Program-made: the position numbers and the translations under genes | Notes under the pieces: generated by a model | Databases searched by the model: none | Seen by the model: only the letters and a program-made list of their open reading frames with translations | Told to the model about the DNA's origin: nothing | Assembly (NCBI GenBank): GCA_001777915.1 | Contig: MFFN01000004.1 | Location: 617,744 to 681,743, forward strand | Reading direction: 5' to 3' | Source of the DNA: Candidatus Edwardsbacteria bacterium RifOxyA12_full_54_48 | GTDB lineage: Bacteria > Edwardsbacteria > AC1 > EtOH8 | Length of the DNA stretch: 64,000 bases | Shown: one piece after another, positions 59,892 to 64,000 of the stretch | How positions within the stretch are numbered: the first letter of the stretch is position 1 | Layout: every line of letters starts with the position of its first letter

Positions 59892-61211
59892 ATGACCTAT
59901 CAGCAAGCCGTAGAATATCTGATGTCCTTTGTGGACCGGGAAAAAATTCCGGGCCAGAAATACCATGAGGAGCAGTATGACCTGCAGGGCTTCCGGCAGT
60001 TTTTGACCGAGCTGGGCAGCCCCCAGAATTCCTTCAAATCCATCCTGGTGGCCGGGACCAAGGGCAAGGGCTCCACCGCGGCCATGATAGAATCGGTGCT
60101 GCGCCAGCAGAGGCTGAAGACCGGGCTGTACACCTCGCCCCACCTGATCAGCTTCTGCGAACGGATAAAAAGAGACGGCAAGAATATTCTGGAGCGGGAT
60201 TTCGCCCAGCGTCTGGAATGGCTGAAGCCCTTTCTGGAGAAGTCCCGGGCCGAAGGCCGGCCGCGTACGGTGTTCGAGATCCTGACCGCCATGGCCTTTT
60301 TGTATTTCCAGGAGGTGGGGGTGGAATGGGCGGTATTGGAGGTGGGGGTGGGCGGCCGGCTGGACTGCACCAATGTGGTCAATCCCCGGGCGGCGGTTAT
60401 CACCAACCTCAGCCTGGACCATACCGAGATCCTGGGGGAAACCATCGCCCGGATCGCCGCCGAGAAGGCCGGCATCATCCGGCAGGACGCCCTGGTCATC
60501 ACCTCTCCCCAGCCGGCCGAGGCCATCAAGGTGATTCTGAAGAAATGCCAGGATTCGCTGGCCCGGCTGTTCCAGGTGGGCCGGGATGTGGGCTTCCGGA
60601 TAACCGACCAGACGCCGCACAGCGTGACCATCGACCTGGCCGGGACCTTCGGCTCCATGACCAACCTGGAGGTGGGCCTGCCGGGCGATTTTCAGGCCGA
60701 GAATGCCGCCGCGGCCTTCGCCGCGCTGCGCAGCCTGCAGTACCGCAACCTGATCCTGAGCGACAACGTCATCCGGGAGGGGTTCCGCTCGGTCAACTGG
60801 CCGGGCAGAATGCAGCAGGTATCGCAGGAGCCGGCGATCATCATCGATGGGGCCCACAACGGCCACTCCGCCAAGTGCCTGATGGACGCCCTGGAGAAGA
60901 CCTATCCCGGGGCCGGGAGGGTGGCGGTGCTGGGCATCTCTGCCAACAAGGACATAGCCGGGATAGTGGACAGCCTGGCGCCGGGTTGCCGGGCGTTGGT
61001 GATCACCAAGGCCCGGCACTCCCGGGCGGCATCTCCCGAGATCATCAGGGAACAAGCGGCCCGGCACGGGGTGGCGGCCATAGTCACCGAGAACCTGGGC
61101 GAAGCCCTGGAGAAGGCCAAACAGCTGGTGGCCGTCAGTGATCTGATAGTCATCACCGGGTCGCTGTTTTTGGCCGGAGAGGCGTTGGAGATGTTCGGGG
61201 AGAAGGCGTAG
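59892..61211 (+). CDS. folC: Folylpolyglutamate synthase/dihydrofolate synthase
   Basis: VAGTKGKGST, GLYTSPHL, LEVGVGGRLDCTN, IAAEKAGII, WPGRMQ, IDGAHN, TGSLFL. Confidence 0.96.
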   Translation: MTYQQAVEYLMSFVDREKIPGQKYHEEQYDLQGFRQFLTELGSPQNSFKSILVAGTKGKGSTAAMIESVLRQQRLKTGLYTSPHLISFCERIKRDGKNILERDFAQRLEWLKPFLEKSRAEGRPRTVFEILTAMAFLYFQEVGVEWAVLEVGVGGRLDCTNVVNPRAAVITNLSLDHTEILGETIARIAAEKAGIIRQDALVITSPQPAEAIKVILKKCQDSLARLFQVGRDVGFRITDQTPHSVTIDLAGTFGSMTNLEVGLPGDFQAENAAAAFAALRSLQYRNLILSDNVIREGFRSVNWPGRMQQVSQEPAIIIDGAHNGHSAKCLMDALEKTYPGAGRVAVLGISANKDIAGIVDSLAPGCRALVITKARHSRAASPEIIREQAARHGVAAIVTENLGEALEKAKQLVAVSDLIVITGSLFLAGEALEMFGEKA

Positions 61212-61221
61212 GGGCCGATAG

Positions 61222-61463
61222 AACGCAGATCAGACGGATTTAGACGGATTCACACGGATACAAACAGGGGTATTCTCGCACTGGTCTATTAGGCAACCTA
61301 TGCCCAGTCATCGCGAGACGGCTTTTTATTTCAGCCGAAGCGATCTCAGCTGGGACCTCTGCAAAACTAACCGCCGAAGCACGGAAATTTTAAAAACACG
61401 GAATGATATCCATCAGATATTCATTCCTTTGGTGATTCCCTTCCGAAAATCAGTGTTTCCGTG
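61222..61463. repeat. Intergenic repeat mosaic
   Basis: Tandem ACGGAT units 61222-61259; GTCATCGCGAG..GAAGCGATCTC 61307-61347; CACGGAA x2 and inverse TTCCGTG. Confidence 0.75.
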
Positions 61464-61566
61464 CCTGCACGCTGTAGCGCGGAGTTTACACCGATGCAAG
61501 AGGTGGCGCGCAAGCTTGGTAAAAGGTACGTTTAGCCCCTAAATGAAATAATCACTGGAGGAGTTA

Positions 61567-62112
61567 ATGGACAGACAACAGGCTAAGGAGCTTTTGGAGC
61601 AGACCATACCCAACAAGAACCTGCAGAAGCACATGCTGGCGGCCGAGGCCTGCATGAAAGGACTGGCGGAGCATTTCGGCGAGGATCAGGATAAGTGGGC
61701 CCTGGCCGGTTTGCTGCACGACCTGGATTACGACCGGACCGCCAACGATTTCCCCAACCACGGGCTGGTCACCGCCCAGATGCTGGAGGGCCAGGACATC
61801 TCCGAGGACATCATCTACGCCATCAAGGCCCATCCCGGGCATGTGGAGGCCAAATCGAAGATGGACTTTGCCCTGTATGCGGTGGACCCGCTGACCGGCC
61901 TGATCGTGGCCGCGGCCCTGATGCATCCCACCAAAAAACTGGCCAATGTGGACGTACCGTTTATCATGAAACGCTACAAGGAAAAGCGCTTTGCGGCCGG
62001 GGCCAACCGGGATCAGATCCAGACCTGCGATAGGTTGGGATTATCGTTGGAGGATTTCATTGGCAAGTGCCTGACGGCCATGCAGGGGATAGCTCCAGAG
62101 CTTGGGCTTTAA
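61567..62112 (+). CDS. HD/HDIG-domain metal-dependent hydrolase
   Basis: KHMLA, WALAGLLHDLDY, HG, AIKAH, AVDPLTGLI, KRFAAGANR. Confidence 0.9.
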   Translation: MDRQQAKELLEQTIPNKNLQKHMLAAEACMKGLAEHFGEDQDKWALAGLLHDLDYDRTANDFPNHGLVTAQMLEGQDISEDIIYAIKAHPGHVEAKSKMDFALYAVDPLTGLIVAAALMHPTKKLANVDVPFIMKRYKEKRFAAGANRDQIQTCDRLGLSLEDFIGKCLTAMQGIAPELGL

Positions 62113-62162
62113 TAGGTTTAAACTGTTGAAAATGTTTTAAAAAGGTTCACGAAGGGGATAAA

Positions 62163-62684
62163 ATGCTAAAATCATATAAAGATAAAACACCAAAAATCGA
62201 TAAGTCGGCCTTTGTGGCCGAGACCGCTGTCATCATCGGCGATGTGGAGATCGGGGAAAGAGCCAGCATCTGGTACGGGGTGGCCATCCGGGCCGACATC
62301 AACCATGTCCGGATCGGCCAGGAGACCAACATCCAGGAGAACACCGTCATCCATGTCGATCTGAATGATAGGGGGCTGGGCGACTGCGCCACCATAATTG
62401 GCGACCGGGTCACCGTGGGACACGGGGCCATATTGCACGGCTGCAAGATCGGCGACGACTGCCTGATCGGCATGGGGGCCATCGTGCTCTCCGGGGCCAG
62501 CGTCGGGGCCGGGTCGGTGGTGGCGGCCGGGGCTTTGGTCAAGGAAGGCCAGCAGATCCCGCCCCGCTCCATGGTGATGGGCATGCCGGCCGAGGTCAAG
62601 CGGCAGCTGCCGGAGGAGGCAATAGAAAAGATACGCGCCAGCGCCCAGCACTACGTGGATCTGGCCAAGGAATATAAAAAATAG
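62163..62684 (+). CDS. Gamma-carbonic-anhydrase family protein
   Basis: Hexapeptide repeats; IRADIN, NIQENTVIH, TVGHGAILHGC. Confidence 0.93.
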   Translation: MLKSYKDKTPKIDKSAFVAETAVIIGDVEIGERASIWYGVAIRADINHVRIGQETNIQENTVIHVDLNDRGLGDCATIIGDRVTVGHGAILHGCKIGDDCLIGMGAIVLSGASVGAGSVVAAGALVKEGQQIPPRSMVMGMPAEVKRQLPEEAIEKIRASAQHYVDLAKEYKK

Positions 62685-62689
62685 AATTT

Positions 62690-63532
62690 ATGTTTATTAT
62701 GAAAAGATATTTGCTTTTATTTATACTGATTCTATCAGTCTCGCCCATTGTGAATGCCCTGGATTTGAAAGGCACATTTTGGACGGATGAAAGCAATGCA
62801 TATTTTTTCTTTCAAGATACAACAGTGCTTTTTGAGCATGGGGGGCGTGCTGATAAATTCAAATATTTAATAAAAAATGATAGCCTATACCTTTTTAAAA
62901 ACTACTGGATTGATAAGGACAGTATTAAGCATATTCAATCGTATGGTTTGATATGTGGAATAAAATCAAAGGATTCCTTGTCATTACGGCCATACTTGCC
63001 CGTAGATAATGAATGGGAAAAAGATATCATTGATCCAGTATTAACTGATACAATGAAAACATCAAGGTTTTACAACGTAGAAAAATATTATGATCCATCC
63101 TTGCTTGTCTTTGATAAATTATATTTCATGTTGAATGAATATGACTATAAAGTGGAAATCATAATAGATAAGAACAGAAACTATTATTACCATGGAAAAG
63201 GCGATATTAAAAATAAGGGGTATTACCAAGGCATAATTAGCGATTCGCTTTTTAAAGTACTGGGGAATTTGCTTGAGAAAAGTTGTTTAAGACTAATTAC
63301 ATTAGAGCCTGTTTGTTATGATATTGACACCACAGGAAAAGTATCAAATATTATATTTGTTAAAGATGGTCCCGATTATACATTAAATTTATATGTAGAT
63401 AAGGAAATAATCAATCTTCAAGGCAATAGTTTGCCATACGTGGCTAAAAATCTTTTTAATTTTCTTTCCAAGTCTAATCGTGATGTTAAATTGTTAAAAT
63501 CAAAGAGTGCAAAAAAAGCTTTTGGCCAATAA
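62690..63532 (+). CDS. Hypothetical exported protein, AT-rich
   Basis: 280-aa ORF in very AT-rich DNA; signal peptide ..SPIVNA. Confidence 0.75.
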   Translation: MFIMKRYLLLFILILSVSPIVNALDLKGTFWTDESNAYFFFQDTTVLFEHGGRADKFKYLIKNDSLYLFKNYWIDKDSIKHIQSYGLICGIKSKDSLSLRPYLPVDNEWEKDIIDPVLTDTMKTSRFYNVEKYYDPSLLVFDKLYFMLNEYDYKVEIIIDKNRNYYYHGKGDIKNKGYYQGIISDSLFKVLGNLLEKSCLRLITLEPVCYDIDTTGKVSNIIFVKDGPDYTLNLYVDKEIINLQGNSLPYVAKNLFNFLSKSNRDVKLLKSKSAKKAFGQ

Positions 63533-63620
63533 AACTATCTACATATTTATAACTTTTAGTTTTCGTGTGTTTTGTGGGAAGATTTCTCTGCGTAGAAGAT
63601 AATATTAAGGAGGCTCTATC

Positions 63621-64000
63621 GTGAGGCTCAATTATTACTGGCGGGAGGCCCTGGCCGGCCTGAAGCGGGCCAAGCTGATGACCTTTTTGTCGGTATCCAG
63701 CATCACCTCGGCCCTGTTCATCCTGGGCTCGTTCCTGCTGGTGACCCTGAATTTCCAGAGGGCCATCGACCAGGTGAAAGGCAAGTTCGAGATCCAGGCA
63801 TTTTTAAGGGACAATGTGGCCAACAGCCAGGCCCTGGTGATAGGCAGCCGCATCCGGGACATCCCCGGGATACAGGAGACGGAATACATCTCCAAGCAGG
63901 AGGCCCTAAAGCAGTTCCGGCAGGAGCTGGCCGACAAGGCCGACCTGCTGAATGCCATCGAGACCAACCCCCTGCCCCAGTCTTTCAAGGTCAAGCTCAA
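63621..64000 (+). CDS. ftsX: Cell-division permease FtsX, 3'-truncated (not in ORF track)
   Basis: AAGGAGG RBS, GTG start; YYWREALAGLKRAKLMTFLSV...YISKQEALKQF...NPLPQSFKVKL. Confidence 0.9.
   Translation, partial: MRLNYYWREALAGLKRAKLMTFLSVSSITSALFILGSFLLVTLNFQRAIDQVKGKFEIQAFLRDNVANSQALVIGSRIRDIPGIQETEYISKQEALKQFRQELADKADLLNAIETNPLPQSFKVKL

Overview
GC-rich bacterial chromosomal segment, mostly + strand, made largely of housekeeping and envelope genes. These include a truncated giant secreted Ig-like/FlgD-CTD protein, a FecR protein, glyQS, Crp, rsmI, a PIP synthase-like gene with ino1, tmk, a C-terminal protease, pstSCAB-B-phoU, a SET protein, a cAMP-phosphodiesterase-like MBL, TPR/LolB-like genes, two NUDIX genes, an M1 peptidase, three PPIase foldases, proS, cobB, two GWxTD lipoproteins, a cysteine desulfurase, a GGDEF protein, an M20 hydrolase, folC and ftsX. 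The content suggests a diderm FCB-associated candidate lineage such as TA06/Edwardsbacteria (inference only). I found no rRNA, tRNA, CRISPR array, transposase or prophage. The most unusual signal is non-coding: several families of short repeats and hairpins recur in the intergenic regions. One family brackets a GxxExxY nuclease gene and another brackets a GIY-YIG gene, both as inverted repeats. At 57.6-59.05 kb two families alternate in an ordered array between a promoter and a terminator, with a PAS gene in one slot. Other notable points are two PstB paralogs with complementary degenerate ATPase motifs, an unannotated 43-aa basic protein with its own promoter, a sigma54-like regulated accessory cluster, a ~95-aa insertion in GlyRS, and AT-rich inserts. 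Gene calls come from motif recognition by eye; no database search was run.
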